Below are positions 48,532-58,132 of a stretch of DNA of 64,000 nucleotides, piece by piece. The notes beneath the pieces were generated by a model. The model was not told the origin of the DNA, did not search any database, and worked only from the letters and a program-made list of their open reading frames with translations. This stretch comes from Marivirga sp. (lineage in GTDB: Bacteria; Bacteroidota; Bacteroidia; Cytophagales; Cyclobacteriaceae): assembly GCF_051117495.1 (NCBI RefSeq), contig NZ_JBNPEF010000017.1, positions 45,158 to 109,157 on the forward strand. Reading direction: 5' to 3'. The translations under genes were made by a program, and so were the position numbers. Each line of letters starts with the position of its first letter. Within the stretch, counting starts at the first letter, position 1.

Positions 48532-49716
48532 ATGAACCCACCTTCCCGCATTCTTCCCATAATAGTATTCTCTCAATTTTGTTGCACTTCTCTATGGTTT
48601 GCAGGAAATGCTGTGATGCCTAATTTGCTATTTGATTTTAAATTGGCTGCAACCGCTTTAGGTAGTTTAACTTCTGCGGTGCAGTTCGGGTTTATCATTG
48701 GCACCTTGGTTTTTGCAGTGCTGTCCATAGCCGATAGATTTTCTCCCTCTAAAGTATTTTTCTTTTGTGCATTGATTGGTGCTATTTTTAATTTGGGAGC
48801 TGTTTGGGAAGGAAATTCTTTGTGGAGTTTAATCAGTGGTCGATTTGCTACTGGTTTTTTTCTGGCGGGAATCTACCCAGTAGGCATGAAAATCGCTTCT
48901 GATTATTATGAAGAAGGTTTGGGTAAATCTTTAGGTTTTTTGGTTGGAGCCTTGGTTTTAGGTACAGCCTTTCCGCATCTTTTAAAGCAAGCCACTCAAA
49001 ATATTGATTGGCAATTAGTTATCTACATTACATCTACGCTGGCTACATTGGGCGGGATATTGCTACTAACATTTGTACCCGATGGCCCTTTCCAGAAAAG
49101 AAGTCAGAAGCCTGATTTTTCAGCCTTTTTTCAGGTTTTTAAGAAAAAGGAATTTCGAGCATCCGCTTTTGGTTATTTCGGCCACATGTGGGAATTATAC
49201 GCTTTTTGGGCTTTTGTTCCGGTTGTCTTATTAGCTTATCAAAGGCTTCATGTAAAAATAGAATTTAATATTCCGCTACTATCTTTCATTATAATTGGAA
49301 TTGGAAGTTTATCCTGTATTGCGGGAGGATTTACATCAGAAAAATTTGGGCCTAAGAAAACAGCTGGCACCTTTCTGTTACTTTCAGGCTTATGCTGTAT
49401 TATTTCTCCCTTGATAATCTTTTACGCACAAGCGGAGGTATTCATTTTCTTCCTAATTTTTTGGGGAATGGTAGTTATAGCGGATTCTCCTCTCTTTTCA
49501 ACTTTAGTCGCACAAAACGCCCCTTCTGAACAAAAAGGAACTGCATTGACGATAGTGAATTCCATTGGCTTTGCTATTACCATTATTAGTATTCAGCTAT
49601 TGAATGTTCTTAGATTAGAAATAAGTCCTGAATTTTTATTCATCATTTTGGCAATCGGACCATTATTAGGCTTATTGGGTTTATTTCGCAATAAATCATT
49701 AGCAAGTCCTCAATAA
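48532..49716 (+). CDS. MFS transporter
   Basis: About 12 TMs; QFCCTSLWFAGNA, AGIYPVGMK, GHMWELYA, DSPLFS. Confidence 0.9.
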   Translation: MNPPSRILPIIVFSQFCCTSLWFAGNAVMPNLLFDFKLAATALGSLTSAVQFGFIIGTLVFAVLSIADRFSPSKVFFFCALIGAIFNLGAVWEGNSLWSLISGRFATGFFLAGIYPVGMKIASDYYEEGLGKSLGFLVGALVLGTAFPHLLKQATQNIDWQLVIYITSTLATLGGILLLTFVPDGPFQKRSQKPDFSAFFQVFKKKEFRASAFGYFGHMWELYAFWAFVPVVLLAYQRLHVKIEFNIPLLSFIIIGIGSLSCIAGGFTSEKFGPKKTAGTFLLLSGLCCIISPLIIFYAQAEVFIFFLIFWGMVVIADSPLFSTLVAQNAPSEQKGTALTIVNSIGFAITIISIQLLNVLRLEISPEFLFIILAIGPLLGLLGLFRNKSLASPQ

Positions 49717-49786
49717 AACTATACCACTAGCATGGCGTTTGCTAAAATAAAGCGAATTTGTATAAAAGAGTAAAACAGGAGTCAAA

Positions 49787-50518
49787 ATGGACATAAATCT
49801 AGCAGTACTAATCGATGGTGATAATATTCCATCAGCAAATGTGAAAGAAATGATGGAAGAGATTGCCAAATATGGTAACCCAACCATCAAAAGAATTTAT
49901 GGTGATTGGACCAAGCCCAATTTGAGCAAATGGAAAAATTTATTGTTGGAAAATGCCATTACCCCCATTTAGCAATATGGCTATACCACGGGCAAAAATG
50001 CCACGGATTCTGCTATGATTATTGATGCCATGAATATTCTTTATTCTGAAAAGGTAAACGGCTTTTGTTTAGTGTCCAGCGATAGCGATTTTACTCGCCT
50101 GGCGACTAGACTCCGTGAGGCAGGAATGAAAGTTTATGGCATAGGCGAAAAGAAAACGCCTAACCCTTTTATAGTAGCTTGCGATAAGTTTATTTATATA
50201 GAAATCCTCAATAATCAAACTGAAGAAAGGGAAAGTACTGAATCAAAAGCAAAAGCTACTGTAGATAAGGTCACACCAAAAGACATTAAGTTGATTACCA
50301 GTACGATTTCTGATTTAGCTGATGAGGATGGCTGGGCATTTTTAGGAGATGTAGGAAATCTACTTCAAAAGAAGCAACCTAATTTTGATTCTAGGAATTA
50401 TGGATTTGCCAAATTAACCCCATTATTGAAATCACTTAAGCAATTTGAAATTGAAGAAAGAATTGGTACTAAAACCCATTTGAAACTGGTTTATGTAAGA
50501 TTGAAGAAAAAGCATTAG
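49787..50518 (+). pseudogene. NYN (LabA/DUF88) plus OST-HTH/LOTUS protein, interrupted by one in-frame TAG
   Basis: ORFs 49787..49972 and 50015..50518 share a frame. The read-through is LIDGDN...NAITPI*QYGYTTGKNATDSAMIIDAM...VSSDSDF...DSRNYGFAKL; TAG at 49970-49972 is where Gln is expected. Confidence 0.85.
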
Positions 50519-50520
50519 GC

Positions 50521-51225
50521 TTACTTTATGTCTTCCAGTCTCTGTTTATATGTCTCCACTATAGATTTAACTTTTTCTAATTCAACATATAACGAATCTA
50601 TAGAAGATTTTAGACTTTGAAGATTTTGATAGTATTGCGTTGAATCACTTCTCAATTCTTTTAGCTTTTCTTCATAGGAGCTGATTCTCTCATTCGTTTT
50701 ATCAAAATTCTTCTGGTTTTTTCGTTCGTCTTTCTTAAGATTTTCAAACTCCTTGCTCAAATAAGTTGCGGCTTGCTCTGATTCATCAATTTTCTTCTGA
50801 GCCAAGTCGGTCCTCATTTTGATGTTAAAGTTATAGATGTATTCCTCCATCGCCTTTTGCAATTCAGAATATACATCCTTTGGAATACCCTGAGGGTCAA
50901 TTCCTGCCCAAATAGTACTTTGCTCTTTATTGCCTTTTATTTGACTATAAATTAGAATATCATTAGGGTAAATATCTGTTCTGAATGTTGTCTGATAAGT
51001 TTTGTGCGATTGGGTTTCCTCGCTTTTGCCAAAATCTTTTGCATATTCATTCCAGCTTTCTTCTGTTTTTTCCTTAGAAAAAGGTAAGTCTATTTCATAA
51101 CCATTGACATCTACCCCTAATAAGTAATGCTCTGTGGCTAAGGTCTGATATTGTCCTTTAAGCTGGCCTAGACTCAAGATTAAAAAAGCGAAAATAGATA
51201 TTATTCTTAACATACTTAAAACCAA
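50521..51225 (-). CDS. Hypothetical exported protein with C-terminal coiled coil
   Basis: Signal peptide (LKGQ) and a heptad-rich C-terminal half. Confidence 0.7.
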   Translation of the reverse strand: MVLSMLRIISIFAFLILSLGQLKGQYQTLATEHYLLGVDVNGYEIDLPFSKEKTEESWNEYAKDFGKSEETQSHKTYQTTFRTDIYPNDILIYSQIKGNKEQSTIWAGIDPQGIPKDVYSELQKAMEEYIYNFNIKMRTDLAQKKIDESEQAATYLSKEFENLKKDERKNQKNFDKTNERISSYEEKLKELRSDSTQYYQNLQSLKSSIDSLYVELEKVKSIVETYKQRLEDIK

Positions 51226-51359
51226 TTAATTTAGCTTGTTAACGCAAATATATGCAATATGATATTGCTAAATACAAAAACCAGGCCTGAATAAAAATGT
51301 CAAATTCCTAAGCCAACTTATTTAGTCTTCATGAGTTAAAAGTAATAGAATTGATAATT

Positions 51360-52295
51360 ATGAAGAATATTTTAATAACAGGTGGCTCAGGATTAGTAGG
51401 AACGGAACTTTCAGCTCTTTTGAAAGAAAAGGGCTATGAAGTGGCAAACCTAACAAGAAGCAAAAAAGATAATTATCCATATCAACAATTTGAATGGGAC
51501 ATCAAAAAACAAGAAATGGATGAAGAAGCCATTCGCTTTGCTGATGTGATTATCCACTTGGCTGGTGCAGGAGTTGCTGACAAAAAATGGACGGATAGTA
51601 GAAAAAAGGTAATTATCGAAAGCAGAACCGAATCTGCGGCTCTATTGCATAAAACAATTTCTAAAATACCCGATGAAGCACCAGAACATTTCATATCAGC
51701 AAGTGCTATTGGCTATTATGGCATGGACACTGGAGATAAATTAGTTGATGAGGAATCGAAGGCCGGAAATGATTTTTTAGCTGAGGTTACTAAAAAATGG
51801 GAAGCTGCAGCAGACCAATTCAAATCATTGAAAATTCCTACTGCCAAAATCAGAATCGGAATTGTTTTAACCGAGAAAGGTGGAGCCCTCCCACAACTTG
51901 CTCAACCCATAAAATTAATGGCAGGAGCTCCTTTGGGTTCAGGCAAGCAATGGATGAGCTGGATTCATATAGATGATTTAGCTCGCTTGTTTTTACATGT
52001 TTTGGAAAATAAATTAACCGGAGTTTATAATGGAGTCGGGACCAATCCTGCAACCAATAAAGAAGTGACAAAAGCTGTAGCGAAAGTTTTAGATAAACCC
52101 TTGATTCTACCCAATGTACCTGCTTTTGCAATGAAACTATTGTTAGCTGAAATGGCGCAAATGGTATTGGGAGGAAATAAAGTAAGCGCTAAAAAAACCT
52201 TAGATTCAGGATTTGAATTCAAGTTTGAGAGTCTGGATGATGCGTTGGAGGGTATTTACAGCCCCCTAGCCTCCGAAGGGGAAACTAAATCCTGA
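51360..52295 (+). CDS. TIGR01777/YfcH-like NAD-dependent epimerase
   Basis: ILITGGSGLVG, HLAGAG, SASAIGYYG, RIGIVL, GSGKQWMSWIHIDD. The last codons run into a REP-like unit at about 52261-52286. Confidence 0.92.
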   Translation: MKNILITGGSGLVGTELSALLKEKGYEVANLTRSKKDNYPYQQFEWDIKKQEMDEEAIRFADVIIHLAGAGVADKKWTDSRKKVIIESRTESAALLHKTISKIPDEAPEHFISASAIGYYGMDTGDKLVDEESKAGNDFLAEVTKKWEAAADQFKSLKIPTAKIRIGIVLTEKGGALPQLAQPIKLMAGAPLGSGKQWMSWIHIDDLARLFLHVLENKLTGVYNGVGTNPATNKEVTKAVAKVLDKPLILPNVPAFAMKLLLAEMAQMVLGGNKVSAKKTLDSGFEFKFESLDDALEGIYSPLASEGETKS

Positions 52296-52378
52296 AATAA
52301 CTATGATGCTAATTTGAATTAATATTTTAACCTAAAGCTTGAAAATAAATTTTGATTAAAATTTATTGAATTTATGAT

Positions 52379-52660
52379 ATGATTAATGCTAAGCAAAAAG
52401 AATTCATTCTCGAGACCCTATCGGAATATAAGCCAAAATCGGTGGGTGTCTTTGGTTCTTATGCTCGCGGAGAAAACACCTCCACTAGTGATTTAGACAT
52501 TTTGGTTGATTTTGAAAACACACCTGATTTATTAGAGATAATAGGTATAGAGCAAAAAATGACTGAAAAACTTGGGATTAAAGTTGACTTAATAACCACC
52601 CGCTCTTTACATTCAAGCCTAAAAGTTTATGTTGAAAAAGATTTAATAGCATTGGCTTAA
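52379..52660 (+). CDS. MNT (MntA-like) minimal nucleotidyltransferase antitoxin
   Basis: FGSYARGENTSTSDLDILV (GS-x10-DxD) and LGIKVDL. Confidence 0.9.
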   Translation: MINAKQKEFILETLSEYKPKSVGVFGSYARGENTSTSDLDILVDFENTPDLLEIIGIEQKMTEKLGIKVDLITTRSLHSSLKVYVEKDLIALA

Positions 52661-53013
52661 TGAAGAAAAATCCTCTCATTTATTTAAACCATATTCAGGA
52701 TTGTATTTTAAAAATTTAAGAATACACCTTAAATATTAATGAAAGAGACTTTCTAAATAATTCTCTTATTCAAGATGGCGTTATAAAAAACCTTGAGATA
52801 ATTGGTGAAGCCAAAAAGCAACTTGATCCTGAGTTTAGATTAAAATATCCGAATATCGAATGGAAGAAGATTGCGGGAATGCGAGACAAATTGATCCACG
52901 ATTACATTGGTGTGGATTTATGGGCGGTTTGGGCTGTAGTTGAAAAGGTAATTCCTCAATTTAAAGAAGAATTAACTACTATTATTAGAATAGAAAAGAA
53001 CAAAAATCAATAA
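52660..53013 (+). pseudogene. HepT/DUF86 HEPN toxin with premature TAA at codon 20
   Basis: Not in the ORF track. Manual translation: MKKNPLIYLNHIQDCILKI*EYTLN...NLEIIGEA...IEWKKIAGMRDKLIHDYIGVD...KNQ; Rx4H(D)Y motif intact; stop at 52717-52719. Confidence 0.85.
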
Positions 53014-53168
53014 TCTCCATTCATTTTCTTCTGTTTGCTACCAGCTAGTGGAAATCAGTTGCTCCTTTGGAGCTTTTTCTCATGTAAGAGATTGGAAAAG
53101 TATTGTTAATTCAAATTAAAAAGTAAAAGAAATTCCATGTGTCTTCCCTGGCGGGTTTGGGAGCTGGG

Positions 53169-53786
53169 CTAAAGAAAAGCCCAAAAACTCAATATCAATA
53201 TCGCCCACAAAACACCTAAAAAGTGCCATCCTTTGGTGAGCAATTCATATTTCAAATGCCAATACGGATTGGTTTCGGCTATCAAATATTGAACAGGATC
53301 TTTAGATATTCTTTGGGTTTGGAGGATTAGATATCCCAAGTAAGTATGAGCTGCTAAATAGTGCAGCGCATGCACGCCAGTCAGGACATAAAAAAAGGAA
53401 GAAGTCACATCGGATGAAAATAGTATATCTGATTCTCTTAAAGCTTTCCAACCTAAGAATTGACATAAAGCAAAACCTAAACCTAAAAAGAAAGTGAATC
53501 GCAAGGCGGTTAATAAGGATGAAATTTCTTCGGCTTTAAAAAGGCTGTGAATTGGATGAATCATAAAACTGGAAGCGCCAATTAAAACGGTGCTTAAAGC
53601 AAAAACGGCAGGGATTTCAATGTCTTTTTGGCCTTCATTTCCCAAGCTCATGAAAAAAGAGAATAGGAGGAAAAGAAAAATCAAAGAGCTCCCTACTAAA
53701 CTCAAAATAAAAATCATTTTATAAGGATGCAGTCTCTCAACCCTCTCAAAAAATGATAAATTCTCTTTCTTAGTATTCTTATCCAT
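53169..53786 (-). CDS. Cytochrome c oxidase subunit III-like protein
   Basis: LGLGFALCQFLGW..L, FFYVLTGVHALH, WHFLGVLW. Confidence 0.8.
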   Translation of the reverse strand: MDKNTKKENLSFFERVERLHPYKMIFILSLVGSSLIFLFLLFSFFMSLGNEGQKDIEIPAVFALSTVLIGASSFMIHPIHSLFKAEEISSLLTALRFTFFLGLGFALCQFLGWKALRESDILFSSDVTSSFFYVLTGVHALHYLAAHTYLGYLILQTQRISKDPVQYLIAETNPYWHLKYELLTKGWHFLGVLWAILILSFWAFL

Positions 53787-53805
53787 TTTTATAACTTGTT
53801 ACTTT

Positions 53806-54150
53806 CTACGCAATTCTCAATCCATTTTTGGCGTCTTTATCAACGCTTAACAAACTAATTTCATCTCCATCCACAGCTCCTAAAACCAAACATTCACTCA
53901 TAAAGTTTGCGATTTGCTTGGGTGGAAAATTCACGACCGCCACTATCTTTTTACCCGGTAAGTCTTCCAAATTATAGAGATTGGTAATCTGAGCAGAAGT
54001 CTTTCGCATTCCCAACTCACCAAAATCAATTTGCAATTTGTAGGCAGGCTTTTTGGCTTCTGGAAATTCCTCCGCTTTAACCACTGTACCAACTCGCATT
54101 TCAATTTTGGAAAAATCGCTCCAGCTGATTTCTTTAGTCTCTTTATTCAT
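53806..54150 (-). CDS. csaA: tRNA-binding protein/export chaperone CsaA-like (OB fold)
   Basis: DFSKIEMRVGTV, KPAYKLQIDFG, VVNFPPKQIANFMSECLVLG, NGLRI. Confidence 0.88.
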   Translation of the reverse strand: MNKETKEISWSDFSKIEMRVGTVVKAEEFPEAKKPAYKLQIDFGELGMRKTSAQITNLYNLEDLPGKKIVAVVNFPPKQIANFMSECLVLGAVDGDEISLLSVDKDAKNGLRIA

Positions 54151-54350
54151 AACTCTTAATACTGCGTTTAGTTATAAGGATTCTTCTTTTTACTAAAACT
54201 CGTCAGGCTTCTTTTTAAATATTAAGGTTAAAAGTTTTGGTGAAAACACCAAAACGGTGGATGTTAGTTCTTACTGTGACTTTTGCTTAACCAAACCCAA
54301 CCCCCTTTCAGGTGTTTTCACCTGAAAGAATCAAGTCAGTTGCTTGGCTA

Positions 54351-54430
54351 AAACCTGTCAGGTTTATGAAATTAAAGATTGATAAGGTGGCTCTTTCATC
54401 ATCAATATCAAAGCCAAACCTGACAGGTTT
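54351..54430. repeat. Paired-palindrome element AAACCTGTCAGGTTT...AAACCTGACAGGTTT, copy 2
   Basis: 50-nt spacer; shares ATATCAAAGCCAAACC.GACAGGTTTA with copy 1. Confidence 0.8.
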
Positions 54431-54505
54431 ACCAGAATCAGCTTTAAGCTCACTTAATTTTTTGATTGCAAATTTGAACTATGCGCCATTCCCGTTAGTT
54501 TGTTT

Positions 54506-54513
54506 TACCTTTG
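54506..54513 (+). promoter_or_regulatory. Bacteroidota -7 promoter box (TACCTTTG), probably for mfd
   Basis: Exact TAnnTTTG about 180 nt upstream of the mfd ATG. Confidence 0.5.
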
Positions 54514-54693
54514 CATGGTGTTTACGAAATTAGAACGAAAAAGTGAGCACAAAATTTAAATAGCACATAAATTGAAATAGTCATGAGCCTATCCATACTT
54601 ACAGTAGCAGATAAATGAAGGCATAGAAGGATGATTAACCGAGCTTTTAAACTTTGACTATTCCATGTCGCCATAAAAAGACAGATTCGATAC

Positions 54694-57600
54694 ATGAAAA
54701 TTAAAGACTTTCTAAGATTATATAAAGATGATGCCATCATGCAAACGATGGTGGCTTCCCTCAAACCCAATGAGGACCAAACCATCCAATTTAAGGGGTT
54801 GGTAGGTAGTTTGGATGCCATAGCCGTTGCAGTTTCGCATCTTTTAAATCATCAAAATCAACTGATCATTTTGCATGATAAGGAGGAAGCCGCTTACTTT
54901 CAAAATGATCTGCAAAACCTTTTAGATTTTAAGGAGCCCCTTTTATTTCCAACCTCTTATAAAAGACCGTATCAGTTTGATGATATAGAAAATGCCAATG
55001 TGCTGATGAGAGCGGAAATCCTAAACCGCATCAATAACAAATCCTCCACTGGTGAAATTATTGTCACTTATCCTGAGGCGCTTTCTGAAAAAGTAATCAA
55101 TAAAAAATCTTTAAAGTCGAATACCTTCACAGCTAAAGTGGGAGAAAGCCTGGATGTGGAGTTCATTGCAGAATTACTGCAAACTTATGATTTTGAACCT
55201 ACGGATTTTGTTTACGAGCCAGGACAATACGCCATTCGTGGGGGGATCATAGATATCTTTTCCTATGCCAGTGATGAGCCTTTCAGAATAGAATTATTTG
55301 GGAATGAAATTGATAGCATCCGAACTTTTGATGTGGCTTCTCAGCTTTCCACCGAAACGGTGAAGCAAATCAATATCATACCCAATGTGCAGACCAAACT
55401 TTTGGAAGAAAGCAGAGAATCATTATTGGAATACATTCCTAACAATACCAAAATATGGTTTAAGGATTATAAACAGAGTTTAGATGTACTTCAGCAGTAT
55501 TATGAAAAAGCCTCACAATCTTTTGAAGAAATATTAAAAACTACTCAACAGACGAAAGTAGTCCTAGAACCCGAAATGCTATTTGAAACGCCTGAAAGCT
55601 TCAAAAAAGGACTGGAAAAATATCTGAAAGTAGAATTCGGAAATCGTTTTTACCTAAAAGCTCATCAGGAATTTGAGTATCAAGCCAAGCCACAGCCTTC
55701 TTTCAATAAAAACTTTGATTTAATAGCAGAGAATTTATCCAGCAACCAGGAAGCTGGTCTCATCAATATCATTTCTTCGGAATCTTTAACACAAACCGAG
55801 CGACTGAAAAATATATTTGAAGAAATTGACCCTTTCATCAAATTTCAGTCTTTGCCGCATACTTTGAGAGCAGGATTTATAGATGAGCAATTGAAATTAG
55901 CCTGCTATACCGATCATCAGATTTTCGAGCGTTTCCATCGATACAAAACTAAAGACAAGCAGAGCAAATCCAAAGCAATCACCATCCGCGAACTGAAAAA
56001 CCTTCAGCCCGGGGATTTTGTCACCCATATCGATTATGGTGTGGGACGTTTTGCTGGAATGGATAAAGTCGATAATAACGGAAAAAAGCAGGAAGTGATC
56101 CGCTTAATTTATCGGGATAATGATTTGCTTTATGTCAGCATTCATGCCCTCCACAAAATTTCAAAATACAGCGGAAAAGAAGGAAACAATCCTACCATCA
56201 GTAAATTAGGCTCGCCTGAATGGGAGAACAAAAAGAAGAAAGCCAAGAAGCAGGTAAAAGACATCGCCAAAGATTTAATTGAGCTTTACGCCAAAAGAAA
56301 ATCTGCTCCTGGCTTTGCCTGTGATACTGATAGCTTCCTACAAGCTGAATTAGAATCTTCCTTTATTTATGAAGATACGCCTGACCAGGCCAAATCCACT
56401 GCAGATGTTAAAGCGGATATGGAACAGCCACACCCAATGGACAGATTGGTCTGCGGGGATGTGGGATTCGGTAAAACAGAGGTCGCCATCCGAGCGGCTT
56501 TCAAAGCGGTGGACAACAATAAACAAGTAGCCGTTTTGGTACCTACCACCATTCTGGCTATGCAGCATTTCAGGACTTTCTCTGAAAGATTGGAAAAAAT
56601 GCCTGTCACGGTGGAATACATCAACCGGTTTAAGTCCACCAAACAGATTAAAGATATTTTAAAGCGCACCGCTGAAGGCAAAGTTGATATCCTCATTGGA
56701 ACTCACCGAATCGTGAATAAGGATGTGCAGTTTAAGGATTTGGGCTTATTGGTGATTGATGAAGAGCAAAAATTTGGGGTTTCGGTAAAAGATAAATTGA
56801 AGCAATTCCGTGTGAATGTGGATGTTTTAACCTTGACCGCCACGCCAATTCCACGAACTTTGCATTTTAGCTTGATGGGCGCAAGAGATTTAAGCGTGAT
56901 TCAAACGCCTCCTCCCAATCGTCAGCCCGTGACCACTCAATTAAATACTTTCAATGAAGAAGTTTTGCGGGATGCGATTGCCTTCGAATTGCAAAGAGGC
57001 GGTCAGGTGTTTTTCGTACATAATCGAATTGGCGATATCGAACAAGTCGGCAATATTATTCTCAAATTAGTGCCCGATGCCCGAATTGGCGTTGCCCATG
57101 GACAAATGGATGGCGCCAAATTGGAGAAAGTGATGATGCGCTTTATCGAAGGCGAATACGATGTACTGGTTTCCACCAATATCATCGAATCCGGTTTGGA
57201 TATTCCAAATGCCAATACCATTATTATCAATCATGCCCACATGTTTGGCATGTCCGATTTGCACCAAATGAGAGGTCGGGTTGGGCGTTCCAATAAAAAA
57301 GCTTTTTGTTATTTATTGACCCCACCTACCATCGGCTTGAGTTCCGATTCACGAAAAAGGCTGACCACTTTGGAAGAATTTTCTGATTTGGGAGATGGCT
57401 TTAAAGTCGCCATGCGAGATTTGGATATTAGAGGTGCAGGAAATATGCTGGGAGCCGAGCAAAGCGGATTTATTACCGATTTAGGCTTCGATATGTATCA
57501 TAAAATTTTAGATGATGCCGTAGCAGAATTGAAAGAAAGCCATTTTGCCGATTTATTTAAAGATGAATTAGCCAAAAAGGCAAAAATCATCGCTCAGGAT

Positions 57601-58062
57601 TGCACCATAGAAACCGATTTGGAAATCCTGATTCCAGAGGATTATGTGGGGAATATCACCGAAAGATTGAGTCTTTATTCTCAACTGGATAATATCAAAA
57701 ATGAGGAAGAACTGGGTGTTTTCGAAAAATCATTGGAAGACCGTTTCGGAAAAATACCTGAGCCGGTTTATGATTTGATAGAAACTGTGCGAATCCGCTG
57801 GAAAGCTGAAAGCCTTGGTTTCGAGAAATTGTTGATTAAAAATGGTAGCTTAAAAGCTTACTTTGTGTCGGCTGATAATAAGAAATACTTTAATTCTGAC
57901 ATCTTCGGCAGAATTTTAACTTTCGTACAAACGCATCCTAAAAAGTGCAAGATGAAAGACTACAAAGGCAGACCAATATTGAAAATAGAGGATATAGAAA
58001 ACATAGAACAAGCCAAAACCATTATATTTGATATGGCTGGAGAAGAGGTGGGGGCAGTTTAG
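54694..58062 (+). CDS. mfd: Transcription-repair coupling factor
   Basis: UvrB-homology module, VTHIDYGVGRF (RID), DRLVCGDVGFGKTEVA, DEEQKFG, TATPIPRTL, QMRGRVGRS, MRDLDIRGAGN. Confidence 0.98.
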   Translation: MKIKDFLRLYKDDAIMQTMVASLKPNEDQTIQFKGLVGSLDAIAVAVSHLLNHQNQLIILHDKEEAAYFQNDLQNLLDFKEPLLFPTSYKRPYQFDDIENANVLMRAEILNRINNKSSTGEIIVTYPEALSEKVINKKSLKSNTFTAKVGESLDVEFIAELLQTYDFEPTDFVYEPGQYAIRGGIIDIFSYASDEPFRIELFGNEIDSIRTFDVASQLSTETVKQINIIPNVQTKLLEESRESLLEYIPNNTKIWFKDYKQSLDVLQQYYEKASQSFEEILKTTQQTKVVLEPEMLFETPESFKKGLEKYLKVEFGNRFYLKAHQEFEYQAKPQPSFNKNFDLIAENLSSNQEAGLINIISSESLTQTERLKNIFEEIDPFIKFQSLPHTLRAGFIDEQLKLACYTDHQIFERFHRYKTKDKQSKSKAITIRELKNLQPGDFVTHIDYGVGRFAGMDKVDNNGKKQEVIRLIYRDNDLLYVSIHALHKISKYSGKEGNNPTISKLGSPEWENKKKKAKKQVKDIAKDLIELYAKRKSAPGFACDTDSFLQAELESSFIYEDTPDQAKSTADVKADMEQPHPMDRLVCGDVGFGKTEVAIRAAFKAVDNNKQVAVLVPTTILAMQHFRTFSERLEKMPVTVEYINRFKSTKQIKDILKRTAEGKVDILIGTHRIVNKDVQFKDLGLLVIDEEQKFGVSVKDKLKQFRVNVDVLTLTATPIPRTLHFSLMGARDLSVIQTPPPNRQPVTTQLNTFNEEVLRDAIAFELQRGGQVFFVHNRIGDIEQVGNIILKLVPDARIGVAHGQMDGAKLEKVMMRFIEGEYDVLVSTNIIESGLDIPNANTIIINHAHMFGMSDLHQMRGRVGRSNKKAFCYLLTPPTIGLSSDSRKRLTTLEEFSDLGDGFKVAMRDLDIRGAGNMLGAEQSGFITDLGFDMYHKILDDAVAELKESHFADLFKDELAKKAKIIAQDCTIETDLEILIPEDYVGNITERLSLYSQLDNIKNEEELGVFEKSLEDRFGKIPEPVYDLIETVRIRWKAESLGFEKLLIKNGSLKAYFVSADNKKYFNSDIFGRILTFVQTHPKKCKMKDYKGRPILKIEDIENIEQAKTIIFDMAGEEVGAV

Positions 58063-58132
58063 TTTACATATAAATTGTTTAATATTGACTATTTTAATAA
58101 CTTAAACTTCTTGTGAATATTTAACACTAAAA

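Noticed and set aside
19704-52719. Alternative genetic code (TGA=Trp, TAG/TAA=Gln) suggested by three in-frame stops
   Set aside because: All three stop codons terminate many conserved genes at their expected ends (tamB and gpmI TGA, mfd and csaA TAG, fhs and the thiolase TAA), and Trp/Gln are otherwise encoded normally.
54515-54559. 14-codon uORF (MVFTKLERKSEHKI) before mfd
   Set aside because: Its ATG is 1 nt after the -7 box and so probably upstream of the transcription start.
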